64,000 nt of DNA from Thermoanaerobaculia bacterium. Its GTDB lineage: Bacteria; Acidobacteriota; Thermoanaerobaculia; Multivoradales; UBA5704. The first letter of the stretch is position 1. Every line of letters begins with the position of its first letter. Shown here piece after piece: positions 50,119 to 59,280 of the stretch. The stretch spans positions 201,228 through 265,227 of the forward strand of contig JBJMHA010000041.1 of assembly GCA_045807625.1 (NCBI GenBank), in the 5' to 3' direction. Position numbers and translations under genes: made by a program. Below the pieces are notes generated by a model. It had not been told where the DNA came from, made no database searches, and saw only the letters and a list, made by a program, of their open reading frames with translations.

Positions 50119-51732
50119 TCACTCGAGGATCGAGCGGTCCTTCGTCTCGCGCAGGAAGAGGGCGCCGATGATCACGGTCAGGACGGCGACGATCACCGGG
50201 TACCAGAGGCCGTAGTAGATGTTGCCGGCCCGGGCCACCATGGCGGTGGCGAGGAGCGGCAGCATGCCGCCGAACCAGCCGTTGCCGATGTGGTACGGGA
50301 ACGACATCGAGGTGTAGCGGATCCGGGTCGGGAACAGCTCCACCAGGAAGGCGGCGATCGGACCGTAGACCATGGTGACGTAGATCACCATGATCCAGAG
50401 GATGAGGAACGCCAAGAGGTAATTGGTGCGCGCCGGGTCGGGCGCCGCCGGATAGCCCTCGGTCTTCAGGGCGGCCTTGTAATCGTCTTCCTGCCACCCG
50501 TTCAGCGTGGAGTTGCCGATCCGCGTGGTCACCGTCTGGCCCGGCTCGGCGGGCTGCGAGGTGAAGGAGAGGCCCGCCTTGGTGAGGAAGTCCTTCGCCT
50601 TGTCGCAGTCGGTGAACTTGGTGCCCGGCAGGACGAAGACGTGGAAGTGGCAGTCGGTGGCCGCGACGCTCACCGGATGGCTGGCCTGAAACTCCTCCAG
50701 CCCCGGGTTGATGGCGTGGGTCAGCCCCTTGAAGAGGGGGAAATAGGTGAGTGCCGCGAGGAGGCAGCCGGCGAGGATGATCTTGAGCCGGCCGATGCGG
50801 TCGGACAGGCCGCCGAAGAAGACGAAGAACGGCGTGCCGGCCAGCAGCGTGGCGCCGATCAGGGTGTAGGCCGCCAGGTAGCCGAGCTTGAGGGTGATGG
50901 TGAGGAAGAAGAGGGCGTAGAACTGCCCCGTGTACCAGACCACCCCCTGGCCGGCGGTGGCGCCGAAGAGGGCGAGCAGCACGTACTTGTTGTTCGGGTA
51001 GTGGATGAAGCTCTCCCGCAGCGGCGCCTTCGACCCCTTGCCCTGCGACTTCATCGCCTGGAAGACCGGCGATTCGTTCAGCTTCAGCCGCATGTAGATC
51101 GAGAAAACGAGGAGCACGAACGAGACCAGGAAAGGCACCCGCCATCCCCAGGCCTTGAAGACGTCCTCGGTCATGTACTTGCGGCAGAAGCCGATGACCA
51201 GGAGCGAGAGGAAGAAGCCGAGGGTCGCCGTGGTCTGGATCCAGCTCGTGGCGTAGCCGCGCCGCTTCTCGGGGGCGTGCTCGGCGACGTAGGTCGCGGC
51301 GCCTCCGTACTCGCCGCCGAGGGCCAGGCCCTGGAGCAGGCGGAGGCTCACGAGGAGGATCGGCGCCAGGACTCCGATCGCGGCGTAGGTGGGGAGAAGG
51401 CCCACCGCGACGGTGGAGGCGCCCATCACGATGATGGTCACCATGAACGTATATTTGCGGCCTACGAGGTCCCCCAGGCGCCCGAACACCAGGGCGCCGA
51501 ACGGCCGCACCAGGAAGCCGGCCGCGTAGGTGGCGAAGGCGGAGAGCAGGGCCGCAGTGTCGTTCCCCTTGGGGAAGAAGAGGGCGGCGAAAAAGGGCGC
51601 CAGAGTGGCGTAGAGGTAGAAGTCATACCACTCGAACACCGTGCCCAGCGAGGAGGCGAAGATGACCTTGCGCTCTTCTTGCCGGGAAACCTGAAGGACG
51701 GGAGCGGCGGGCGCGGTCGTCGCTACACTCAT
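50119..51732 (-). CDS. MFS metabolite:H+ symporter (ProP/KgtP-like)
   Basis: 537 aa, 12 TM. GRLGDLVGRK MFS motif. Long central loop. Confidence 0.85.
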   Translation of the reverse strand: MSVATTAPAAPVLQVSRQEERKVIFASSLGTVFEWYDFYLYATLAPFFAALFFPKGNDTAALLSAFATYAAGFLVRPFGALVFGRLGDLVGRKYTFMVTIIVMGASTVAVGLLPTYAAIGVLAPILLVSLRLLQGLALGGEYGGAATYVAEHAPEKRRGYATSWIQTTATLGFFLSLLVIGFCRKYMTEDVFKAWGWRVPFLVSFVLLVFSIYMRLKLNESPVFQAMKSQGKGSKAPLRESFIHYPNNKYVLLALFGATAGQGVVWYTGQFYALFFLTITLKLGYLAAYTLIGATLLAGTPFFVFFGGLSDRIGRLKIILAGCLLAALTYFPLFKGLTHAINPGLEEFQASHPVSVAATDCHFHVFVLPGTKFTDCDKAKDFLTKAGLSFTSQPAEPGQTVTTRIGNSTLNGWQEDDYKAALKTEGYPAAPDPARTNYLLAFLILWIMVIYVTMVYGPIAAFLVELFPTRIRYTSMSFPYHIGNGWFGGMLPLLATAMVARAGNIYYGLWYPVIVAVLTVIIGALFLRETKDRSILE

Positions 51733-51757
51733 AACTCATCCCCCTTTGCCGGTGGTC

Positions 51758-52873
51758 TCAGAACTGGAAGACCTGATACTGGATCTGGAACTGGTTGCGC
51801 TTGGGCGAGCGGTCGCGGTCGATCTTGGTATAGGCGAGCTTCAGGTTCGAGTTGTGGCCGGCGAACCAGAAGGCGACCCCTCCCTGGGTGCGCTTCTCGT
51901 CCGGCCGGGCGGCGGCGTCGAAGTCCTGGCGGGCGAGCTGGATGTAGGGCATCAGCTTGATGGTGTGGAAGTAGTAGCCGGCCTCGACCATCGTGTTCCG
52001 CTGCTTGGGGAGCGTGGGGAGGAAGACGTCACCGTCCAGGGTGTTGTAGTCGGCCTGCAGGGTGAAGCCGTCACCGCCGGGGACCGGCTGGTCCCAGAAG
52101 AGGTCGGCGCCATAGTTTTTGTAGGTCGCGCTGGAGCCGTTCGCGAGGTCGCCGTTCTGGCGGTCGAAGCTGCCGCCGATCGAGAGCGACTGCGTCTTGC
52201 CCAGCGAGGTGCCGCGATAGAAATAGGTGGTCTGCGGGCCGAAGACGTACCAGGCGAGCCGCCCCGCGTAGCGGAAGGAATTCGTGTTGTTGATGCCGCG
52301 CGCGCCCTGGAAGACGCCGGCGCGGTATTCGAGATGGTCGCCGCCGAGATAGCCGCGCGCCTGCACGCCGTAGTCCCGGCCGGTGCGCGAGGTCGTGGGG
52401 ACGGATTCGTTGAAGGTGTACGGACCGTAGTCCAGGGCCAGCAGGCTGGCGGCCGACTGGTTGTGGTTGTAGGTCTGCGCCATCAGCAGCATGCCGCCGT
52501 CGAGCTGGAATTCCTTGCTGAAGGCGTACGTGACGATGAAGTCCTGGATGAAGAGGTCGGCGTTGTTTTTCGTGCCGTCGGCGTTCCCCTTGCCGAGGTT
52601 GGGGGCGTCGGTGTCGAAGAAGACCGTGAGCTGGTCGGACAGCTTGAAATTGCCCAGCAGGCGGATGCGCCGCAGGAAGATGTTGTCCGACTTGTCCTTG
52701 GCGTTGGCGGTGTCGATGCTCTCGAGCTGGAGCTGCCCGAGGATGCCGATCTTGAAGCTCTGCTTGCCGTCCGCCGAGGTCATCTGGATCTGCGCCGCGG
52801 CGGGCGCGGAGGCGGCCAACGTCACCGCCAGGAGGACCGCTGCCCATCTCGAAGGGTGGGGGCTGCTTGCCAT
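51758..52873 (-). CDS. outer-membrane porin (phosphate-selective porin O/P-like)
   Basis: Signal peptide. Alternating beta-strand pattern. C-terminal YQVFQF. Confidence 0.65.
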   Translation of the reverse strand: MASSPHPSRWAAVLLAVTLAASAPAAAQIQMTSADGKQSFKIGILGQLQLESIDTANAKDKSDNIFLRRIRLLGNFKLSDQLTVFFDTDAPNLGKGNADGTKNNADLFIQDFIVTYAFSKEFQLDGGMLLMAQTYNHNQSAASLLALDYGPYTFNESVPTTSRTGRDYGVQARGYLGGDHLEYRAGVFQGARGINNTNSFRYAGRLAWYVFGPQTTYFYRGTSLGKTQSLSIGGSFDRQNGDLANGSSATYKNYGADLFWDQPVPGGDGFTLQADYNTLDGDVFLPTLPKQRNTMVEAGYYFHTIKLMPYIQLARQDFDAAARPDEKRTQGGVAFWFAGHNSNLKLAYTKIDRDRSPKRNQFQIQYQVFQF

Positions 52874-53014
52874 CGTGCATCCTTTCTCGAAAATGCCCTA
52901 TCAGTCGGGCGGTGAGGAGGATACGACTTTGTCAATGATGGATCTGCGACGGATCGTGCTCCGGGCCTGAGGCCCTGTCGCCACCTCTTGGGATAGGTAG
53001 ATTATGCTCCAAGA

Positions 53015-53790
53015 CTACCCTGTAGGGTAGGGGGAAGAAAAGCGGCGGTAGAACCAGATCTTGACCTCCTGCACCCCCGCCAGATAGACGGCGACCATCG
53101 CCGCCAGGATCAGAAAGAACCGGGGGGGCGGCGCCACGAAGCCGAGCGCGGGGGCGAGCGGGGTCAGAGGGAGCAGCGCCGCCAGGGCGACCACCGAGAG
53201 GGAGGTGAGGGTGAGGAGGCGGCTGGGCCGGCTCCGCAGGGGGTTGCCGCGGGTGCGAATGATGAAGATGACCAGCACCTGGGTGGCGAGCGACTCGACG
53301 AACCAGCCGGTCTGGAAGAGCGCCTCGGGGGCCCGGAACACGCGCAGGAGGACGAAGAAGGTGAGGAAGTCGAACAGCGAGCTCACCGGGCCGACGGCGA
53401 GCATGAAGTTGCGGATGAAGGCCATGTCCCAGCGCCGCGGGCGCCGGATGAAATCCTCGTCCACGCTGTCCATCGGGATGGGGATCCCGGAGACGTCGTA
53501 GAGGAAATTGTTGAGCAGGATCTGCACGGGGCGCATCGGCAGGAAGGGGAGGAAGAGGGCGGCCCCGGCCATGCTGAACATGTTGCCGAAGCTCGAGCTG
53601 GTCCCCATCATGATGTACTTCATGATGTTGCCGAAGGTGCGGCGCCCTTCGCGCGCAGGACGTTCGGACCGCGGCGGGCGAGGCGCGAGGCGGCCTCGGC
53701 GCCGGAGAGCCCGGCCGGGGTGGCGCCCAGGCGGGCGGAGAGGTCTGCGAGCGACTCCCGCCAGAACGCCGCCTTGTCCTCGGGCATGGC
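53015..53790 (-). pseudogene. remnant of MgtA-like P-type ATPase: N-terminal ~56 codons fused to C-terminal ~200 codons
   Basis: N-terminal fragment MPEDKAAFWRESL...LSGAEAASRLARRGPNVL ends at 53620. Adjacent overlapping frame MKYIMMGTSSSFGNMFSMAGAALFLPFLPMRPVQILLNNFLYD matches the MgtA C-terminus. The ~700-aa catalytic core is absent. Confidence 0.55.
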
Positions 53791-53792
53791 GC

Positions 53793-54302
53793 TCAGTCTA
53801 TCGCGGTACGCAGCAGGTCTTCGAGGTCCAGCGGGTCGGTGTACATGACCAGCTCCCCGTTCGGCCCTTGCGGCCACTGCTCGCGCGGCCGGTCCCAGTA
53901 GAGCTCCAGGCCGTTCTGGTCCGGATCGGCCAGGTAGATCGCCTCGCTGACCCCGTGGTCCGCGGCCCCCTGGAGCTGGATGCCCGCCTCCAGGACCCGC
54001 CGCAGGGCGCGCGCGAGGTCTCGCCGGGTGGAGTAGCGGATGGCGGCGTGATAGAGCCCGGTGCGGCCGGGAGGGGGCGGGGAGCCGCCCCGGCTCTCCC
54101 ATGTGTTGAGGCCGATGTGGTGGTGATAGCCCCCGGCCGAGATGAAGGCGGCCTGCGCGCCGAAGCGCGTGGTGAGCTCGAAGCCGAGCACGCCGCAGTA
54201 GAACGCCAGGGACTTTTCGATATCGGACACCTTGAGGTGGACGTGGCCGATGTCGGTGCCGGCGGGGACGGTGTAGGGGGGATGGTCGGATTTCATGAGC
54301 AC
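53793..54302 (-). CDS. VOC-family (glyoxalase/dioxygenase-like) protein
   Basis: Two paired beta-alpha-beta-beta-beta modules. HVHLKVSDIEKSLAFY start. Confidence 0.7.
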   Translation of the reverse strand: MLMKSDHPPYTVPAGTDIGHVHLKVSDIEKSLAFYCGVLGFELTTRFGAQAAFISAGGYHHHIGLNTWESRGGSPPPPGRTGLYHAAIRYSTRRDLARALRRVLEAGIQLQGAADHGVSEAIYLADPDQNGLELYWDRPREQWPQGPNGELVMYTDPLDLEDLLRTAID

Positions 54303-54306
54303 AGCC

Positions 54307-55368
54307 TCACGAGAGCGCGCGGCTCGCCATCTCGGTTCCGATCACCCGCGCGCGGATCTTGGCGAAGGCGGTGTCGCGGGCCGTCGAGAGGTCGTCTCCG
54401 AACGGGGAGAAGCCGCAGTCGTCGGTGGTGCCGAGCCGGCCGGGAGCGATGAATTCGGCCGCCTCGAGGACGCGGTCGCGGACCTCCTCCGGAGTCTCCA
54501 CTCGCGGATCGATCGGATCGGTGACGCCGATGAAAACCTTTTGCTCCGGCCGCGCGTGGTCGCGGATGATGCCCAGCACCCGGCGGCGGTCCTTCTCGCT
54601 CGCCAGTTGCAGATAGAAATTCCCCGCGTCGAGGGAGAACAGGTCGGGCAGGAGGTCGGCGTAGTCGACGTCGGCGCTGTGCGTGGAGTCCCGGTCACCG
54701 CCCGGGCAGGTGTGGACGCCGATGCGCCGCCGCTCCTCCGGCGAGAAGCGGCTCAGCACCTGATTGTTCAGGTCGACGAACTGGCGCAGCAGCCCGCGCG
54801 AGGGATCGAGCTTCACGGCCAGCCGGCCCTCGGTGAAGTCGATCTGCACGTTGTGGGCGCCCCGGCCGAGGCACTCCCGGATGTCCGCCTCCGCCTCATC
54901 GATCAGGTCCGAAATGAAGGCCTCCCGAGGGTAGCCGTCGATGCCGGACGGCGGATAGAGAAGGCTCAACGCCGAGGCCGAGATCACAGCCTGTTTGAGG
55001 GGCCGCGTGGTGAGAAGCCGGGCCGCGGAGAGATAGTCCGAGGCGCGGGTGCGGTAGCGGAAGGGGCCCGAGACGAGCCGGGGCAACCGCCGCACGTGGC
55101 CGTCCGCGAACGAGATCTGGACGCCGTCCGGCGCCAGGTTGCCGCTGCCGTGGACCGGGTAGGTCGCGAAGCTGGGCTTGGTCTGCTCGCCGTCCGTGAT
55201 CACCGGCGATCCGGTCTCCTCGAAGCGCCGGATGGTGTCGAGCAGCGCCTGCCGGTACAGCTCATCCAGACTCTCTTGAGACCGGCGGCCTGCCTGGACC
55301 TCCTGGACCGCCGCGATCAGCTCGGGAGGACGCGGGATGCTGCCGATGGGCTCGGTGGGTATTTGCAT
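54307..55368 (-). CDS. cobalamin-independent methionine synthase catalytic-domain-like (MetE C-terminal family)
   Basis: 353 aa. UROD/MetE-like barrel. Zn ligands H..C..E..C pattern (HTCPGG). Confidence 0.65.
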   Translation of the reverse strand: MQIPTEPIGSIPRPPELIAAVQEVQAGRRSQESLDELYRQALLDTIRRFEETGSPVITDGEQTKPSFATYPVHGSGNLAPDGVQISFADGHVRRLPRLVSGPFRYRTRASDYLSAARLLTTRPLKQAVISASALSLLYPPSGIDGYPREAFISDLIDEAEADIRECLGRGAHNVQIDFTEGRLAVKLDPSRGLLRQFVDLNNQVLSRFSPEERRRIGVHTCPGGDRDSTHSADVDYADLLPDLFSLDAGNFYLQLASEKDRRRVLGIIRDHARPEQKVFIGVTDPIDPRVETPEEVRDRVLEAAEFIAPGRLGTTDDCGFSPFGDDLSTARDTAFAKIRARVIGTEMASRALS

Positions 55369-55423
55369 CCTGCAAGTATACTTAACGAGAGACCGCCGTC
55401 CGCAACGGGTAGAATCCCCACCC

Positions 55424-58072
55424 GTGGAGCTGATCGTCCCTCACCTCGGCGCCGACTTCGACGCCTTCGCGGCGGCGCTCGTCGCGCGGCGGCTGCACCC
55501 GGAGGCGCGGATCTTCTTCCCCGGGTCCCGCGAGGGGTCGGTGCGCCGGATGATCGAGGCGCGCGGCATCGAGGTCCCTGAGGTGAGGCGGAAGGAGATC
55601 GACCCCGGGGCGCTCCGGCGGGTGATCCTCTGCGACATCCGGCAGCGCGACCGCATCGGCGTCGTGGCCGAGTGGCTGGCGGCGAATCCCGGGATCGAGG
55701 TCTGGGCCTACGACCACCACCCGGCCTCGGCGTCGGACCTGGAGCTGGCGGGCGGCATCGTCGATCCGGCGGCCGGCTCGACCTCGACCCTGCTGGCGGA
55801 GGAGCTGCGCCGGCGCGGGATGGCCTGTTCTCCCGAAGAGGCGGACCTCCTGTTGATGGGCATCTACGAGGACACCGGCTCCCTGACCTACGCCACCACC
55901 TGCCCGCGGGACCTCGAGGCCGCCGCCTGGCTGCTCGGACAGGGGGGCGACCTCGCGGCCGTGCGGAGCTTCGTCGTCCGCCCTCTCGACCCCGAGCGGC
56001 TCGACGTGCTCCACCGCATGACCCAGCGGCTGGAGGCGCACCGTGTCCGCGGGCACCGGGTGGGGGTCGTCGAGGTGGAGCTGGGGGAGTACCTGGAGGA
56101 GCTGGCGCCGCTCGTCTCGCGCTGCCTGGAGGTGTTCGACCTGCCGCTCCTTTTCGCCTTCTTCGGCGAGGGGGACCGGGTGACGCTGATCGCCCGCGGC
56201 CATCTCGAAGGGGTGGACCTCGGAAACCTCCTCGAGGAATTCGCCGGCGGGGGAGGGCACGCCACCGCCGCCTCAGCCCGGCTCAAGGAGACCACCCTGC
56301 TCGAAGCCCGGGAGCGGCTCCTGGAGTTTCTCGCGGGAGCCCTGCCGCCGGCGGCGCGGGCGCGCGACCTGATGATCGTCCCCTTCCACACCCTCGCCGC
56401 GGAGACCACGATCGGGGGGGCCAAGGCCGGCCTCAACGCCCGGCGGATCAACGCCGCGCCGGTCGAGCGGGAGGGGCGGGTGGTGGGGATCGTGACCCGC
56501 CAGCTCCTCGACGCCGCCCTCCAGCACGGCCTGGGCGCGCGGCCGGTGGCGACGGTGATGTCCCCCGAGCTCGAATGGGTCTCCCCCGACGCCCCGGCCG
56601 AGGAGGTGCGGGAGCGGATGCTGGTGCGCCAGCCCCGCTTCGTGCTGGTGGGAGATCCCGCCGCGGGGCGCCCCCTCGGCCTGGTCACCCGCATGCAGCT
56701 CCTCCGGCACCTGCACGGCGAGCTCTCCACCTTCGAGGAGCGGATCGACCGCCGGGCCGAGCACCTCCGCGAGAAGCGCGAGCACGTCGCCCGGCTGATG
56801 GAGACGCGGCTCCCGTCCCCCCTGCTGGAGCGGATCGAGACGATCGCCGCCGTCTCGCGCCAGCACGGCGTGCCCGCCTACCTGGTGGGGGGCTTCGTGC
56901 GCGACCTGCTGCTCGAACGGGAGAACCGGGACCTGGACGTGGTGGTCGAGGGGGACGGGATCGAATTCGCCGGATTCCTGGCCGCGGCCTTCGGCGGCCG
57001 CATGCGCGCCCATCGCGCCTTCCTGACGGCGGTGGTGGTCGATCCTCAAGACTTTCACGTCGACGTCGCCACCGCCCGGAGCGAATTCTACCGGGCCCCG
57101 GCGGCACTCCCCGAGGTGCAGACGTCAGCCTTGCGGCAGGATCTCTTCCGGCGCGACTTCACGATCAACACCCTGGCGGTCCGCCTGGGGCCGGAGTCGG
57201 GCTTCGACCTGATCGATTTCTTCGGCGGCCGGCGCGACCTCAAGGACAGGACTCTGCGGGTGCTGCACAGCCTCTCGTTTATCGACGACCCCACCCGCAT
57301 CCTGCGCGCCGTGCGCCTGGAGCTGCGGCTCGGCTTCCAGATCTCGCCCGAGACCCTGCACCTGGCCCAGGTGGCGCTCGCGGAGGGGGCCTTCGATCAG
57401 CTTTCGGGCTCGCGCCTGCGGGACGAGCTGGCCCTGCTGCTCGGCGATCCGGGGCTGGCCCTGCGGGGCGTCGAACGGCTGGCCGAGCTGGGCGTCCTGA
57501 AGGCGGTCGAGCCCCGGCTCGAGCTGGACGGCGCCCTTCTGGAGCGGCTCCGGGGAGCGCGGGCGGCGCACGACTGGTACCGCCTCGCGGGGATCGCCGA
57601 TCCACCCGTTGAGGCCTGGCGGCTGTCCCTGATGGCCCTCGCGGCCGGTCTGGAGGAGGGGGAGCTGGAACGCCTCGCCAGCCGTCTCCTGCTGGCGGGC
57701 GAGGACCTCCGGCTGCTGACCGGGTTCCCGGCCCGGCTGGAGGCGGCTCGCGTCATCCTCCGTAACGATCCACAGCCTCATCAGGTGGCGGAGGCGCTGG
57801 AGCCGCTGGCGGGGGAGGAGCTCCTCCTGCTGATGGGAGAGGGGGACGAGACGGTCCGCGGCTGGGTGCGCCGGTATCTGACCGAGCTCCGCCCGCTGAC
57901 CCTCTCCCTGAAAGGAGCGGACCTGCTCGCGCGAGGCGTCCCGCCCGGCCCGCGGATCGGCGAGGCCCTGCGCGACACCCGGCGGGCGCGTCTTGACGGG
58001 AAGATCGACGAGGCCGGGGAGCTGCGCTACGCTCTCGACTTCCTGACGGAAGACCAGAGGAGGACCGCTTGA
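55424..58072 (+). CDS. DHH/DHHA1-CBS-CCA multidomain tRNA nucleotidyltransferase
   Basis: DHH motif (HLGADFDAF). Two CBS motifs. Pol-beta head motif GGFVRDLLLERENRDLDVVVEG and HD-like tail. GTG start inferred. Confidence 0.7.
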   Translation: MELIVPHLGADFDAFAAALVARRLHPEARIFFPGSREGSVRRMIEARGIEVPEVRRKEIDPGALRRVILCDIRQRDRIGVVAEWLAANPGIEVWAYDHHPASASDLELAGGIVDPAAGSTSTLLAEELRRRGMACSPEEADLLLMGIYEDTGSLTYATTCPRDLEAAAWLLGQGGDLAAVRSFVVRPLDPERLDVLHRMTQRLEAHRVRGHRVGVVEVELGEYLEELAPLVSRCLEVFDLPLLFAFFGEGDRVTLIARGHLEGVDLGNLLEEFAGGGGHATAASARLKETTLLEARERLLEFLAGALPPAARARDLMIVPFHTLAAETTIGGAKAGLNARRINAAPVEREGRVVGIVTRQLLDAALQHGLGARPVATVMSPELEWVSPDAPAEEVRERMLVRQPRFVLVGDPAAGRPLGLVTRMQLLRHLHGELSTFEERIDRRAEHLREKREHVARLMETRLPSPLLERIETIAAVSRQHGVPAYLVGGFVRDLLLERENRDLDVVVEGDGIEFAGFLAAAFGGRMRAHRAFLTAVVVDPQDFHVDVATARSEFYRAPAALPEVQTSALRQDLFRRDFTINTLAVRLGPESGFDLIDFFGGRRDLKDRTLRVLHSLSFIDDPTRILRAVRLELRLGFQISPETLHLAQVALAEGAFDQLSGSRLRDELALLLGDPGLALRGVERLAELGVLKAVEPRLELDGALLERLRGARAAHDWYRLAGIADPPVEAWRLSLMALAAGLEEGELERLASRLLLAGEDLRLLTGFPARLEAARVILRNDPQPHQVAEALEPLAGEELLLLMGEGDETVRGWVRRYLTELRPLTLSLKGADLLARGVPPGPRIGEALRDTRRARLDGKIDEAGELRYALDFLTEDQRRTA

Positions 58073-58713
58073 TCCGATCGCGTCTCGCCACGGCGGCCAT
58101 CCTGCTGCTGGCGGCTCTGCCGGCTCAGGGAGACGACCGCTCGACCGAGATCCTCCGCTACGAGTGCCGGACCGACGTGGCCCGCCGCGAGACCACCCTC
58201 TTCGCCAACGGTACCATCCGGCTGCGCAAGGGGCAGATCGGCAACGAGAAGATGGGGCTCGTGGAGCTGGCGCCGGACAAGCTGGAGGGCTTCGTCAACC
58301 GCCTCGCCGGGGAGGACCTCTCGGAGGCGAAGAACCCGGACAAAGGCCCGGAAGGGGCCTGGATCGAGCGCTGTGAGCTGTATTTGCAGCTTCCGGGCAA
58401 GGACCTCCAGACCTGGCGGTTCGGCCAGTACGACCCCCTGCCGCTCAACCTCTCGCACGTCGTGCGGATCGCCCAGGAGCTGGAGAAGAAGGTGCCGATC
58501 GTGAAGGAGGCCGACGACCTGCCGGCCGGCTACGAGCCCCGGCCCGGCGACGTGCTGAGGCACGCGGGGGACGGCAACCGCTTCCGCGTCGTCTCCTTCA
58601 CCAGCGACAACAAGGGGATCGAGCTGGAGGGAATCGACCAGCCGATCGAGCTCTACGTCCCCAGGGACCAGATCCGGAAGAAGTTCACGGCCCTGCTGTC
58701 GAGGGAGCCGTGA
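58069..58713 (+). CDS. secreted hypothetical protein (TTG start)
   Basis: GAGGAGGA RBS. Signal peptide MIRSRLATAAILLLAALPAQG. Confidence 0.5.
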   Translation: MIRSRLATAAILLLAALPAQGDDRSTEILRYECRTDVARRETTLFANGTIRLRKGQIGNEKMGLVELAPDKLEGFVNRLAGEDLSEAKNPDKGPEGAWIERCELYLQLPGKDLQTWRFGQYDPLPLNLSHVVRIAQELEKKVPIVKEADDLPAGYEPRPGDVLRHAGDGNRFRVVSFTSDNKGIELEGIDQPIELYVPRDQIRKKFTALLSREP

Positions 58714-59261
58714 AGCCGGGCGTCCGGATCACCGGCGGAGAATTCCGCGGCCGAGGCCTCGCCGTACCCCCTGGAGCCAGGCCGACCGAGGGAAGAGTCC
58801 GCGAGGCGCTCTTCTCGATCTGGAGCGGCCGCATCGAGAACGCCCGCGTCCTGGACCTCTTCGCTGGGAGCGGCGTGGTGGGCCTGGAGGCGTTGGGACG
58901 CGGAGCGCTCTCCGTCCTCGCCGTGGACCACGGGCTCCGGGCTGTGGAGACTCTGGAGGCGAACGCGGGAAAGCTGGGGGAGAGGCTCTTACAGATCCGC
59001 CGTCTCACCCTCCCAGCCGGCCTCGCCCGTCTCGCCGAGGAGGGCCCCTTCGACCTCGTCTACGCCGACCCCCCGTACAGCTTCGACGGCTACGGGGAGC
59101 TTCTGGAAGCCGTGGCTTCTCTCCTCGCTCAGGATGGAGAGGTCGCCGTCGAGCACTCCTCCCGCCGCGACCTGCCCATCGAGGCCGGGCCGCTGACGAG
59201 GGTGGACGTGCGGCGGTATGGGGAGAGCGCGATCGGCTTCTACCGGCGGGGACCGGCCTGA
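58710..59261 (+). CDS. rsmD: 16S rRNA (guanine966-N2)-methyltransferase RsmD
   Basis: DLFAGSGVVGLEAL SAM motif and DPPY motif. GTG start overlapping the upstream stop. Confidence 0.8.
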   Translation: MKPGVRITGGEFRGRGLAVPPGARPTEGRVREALFSIWSGRIENARVLDLFAGSGVVGLEALGRGALSVLAVDHGLRAVETLEANAGKLGERLLQIRRLTLPAGLARLAEEGPFDLVYADPPYSFDGYGELLEAVASLLAQDGEVAVEHSSRRDLPIEAGPLTRVDVRRYGESAIGFYRRGPA

Positions 59262-59280
59262 CCTATGCCATGATGAATCA

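Noticed and set aside
49624-51960. 778-aa + strand ORF
   Set aside because: Antisense to the MFS transporter and vapBC genes. Composition is non-protein-like.
55672-57612. 646-aa + strand ORF inside the DHH-CBS-CCA gene
   Set aside because: Off-frame Arg/Gly/Pro-rich reading. The annotated frame has clear domain motifs.
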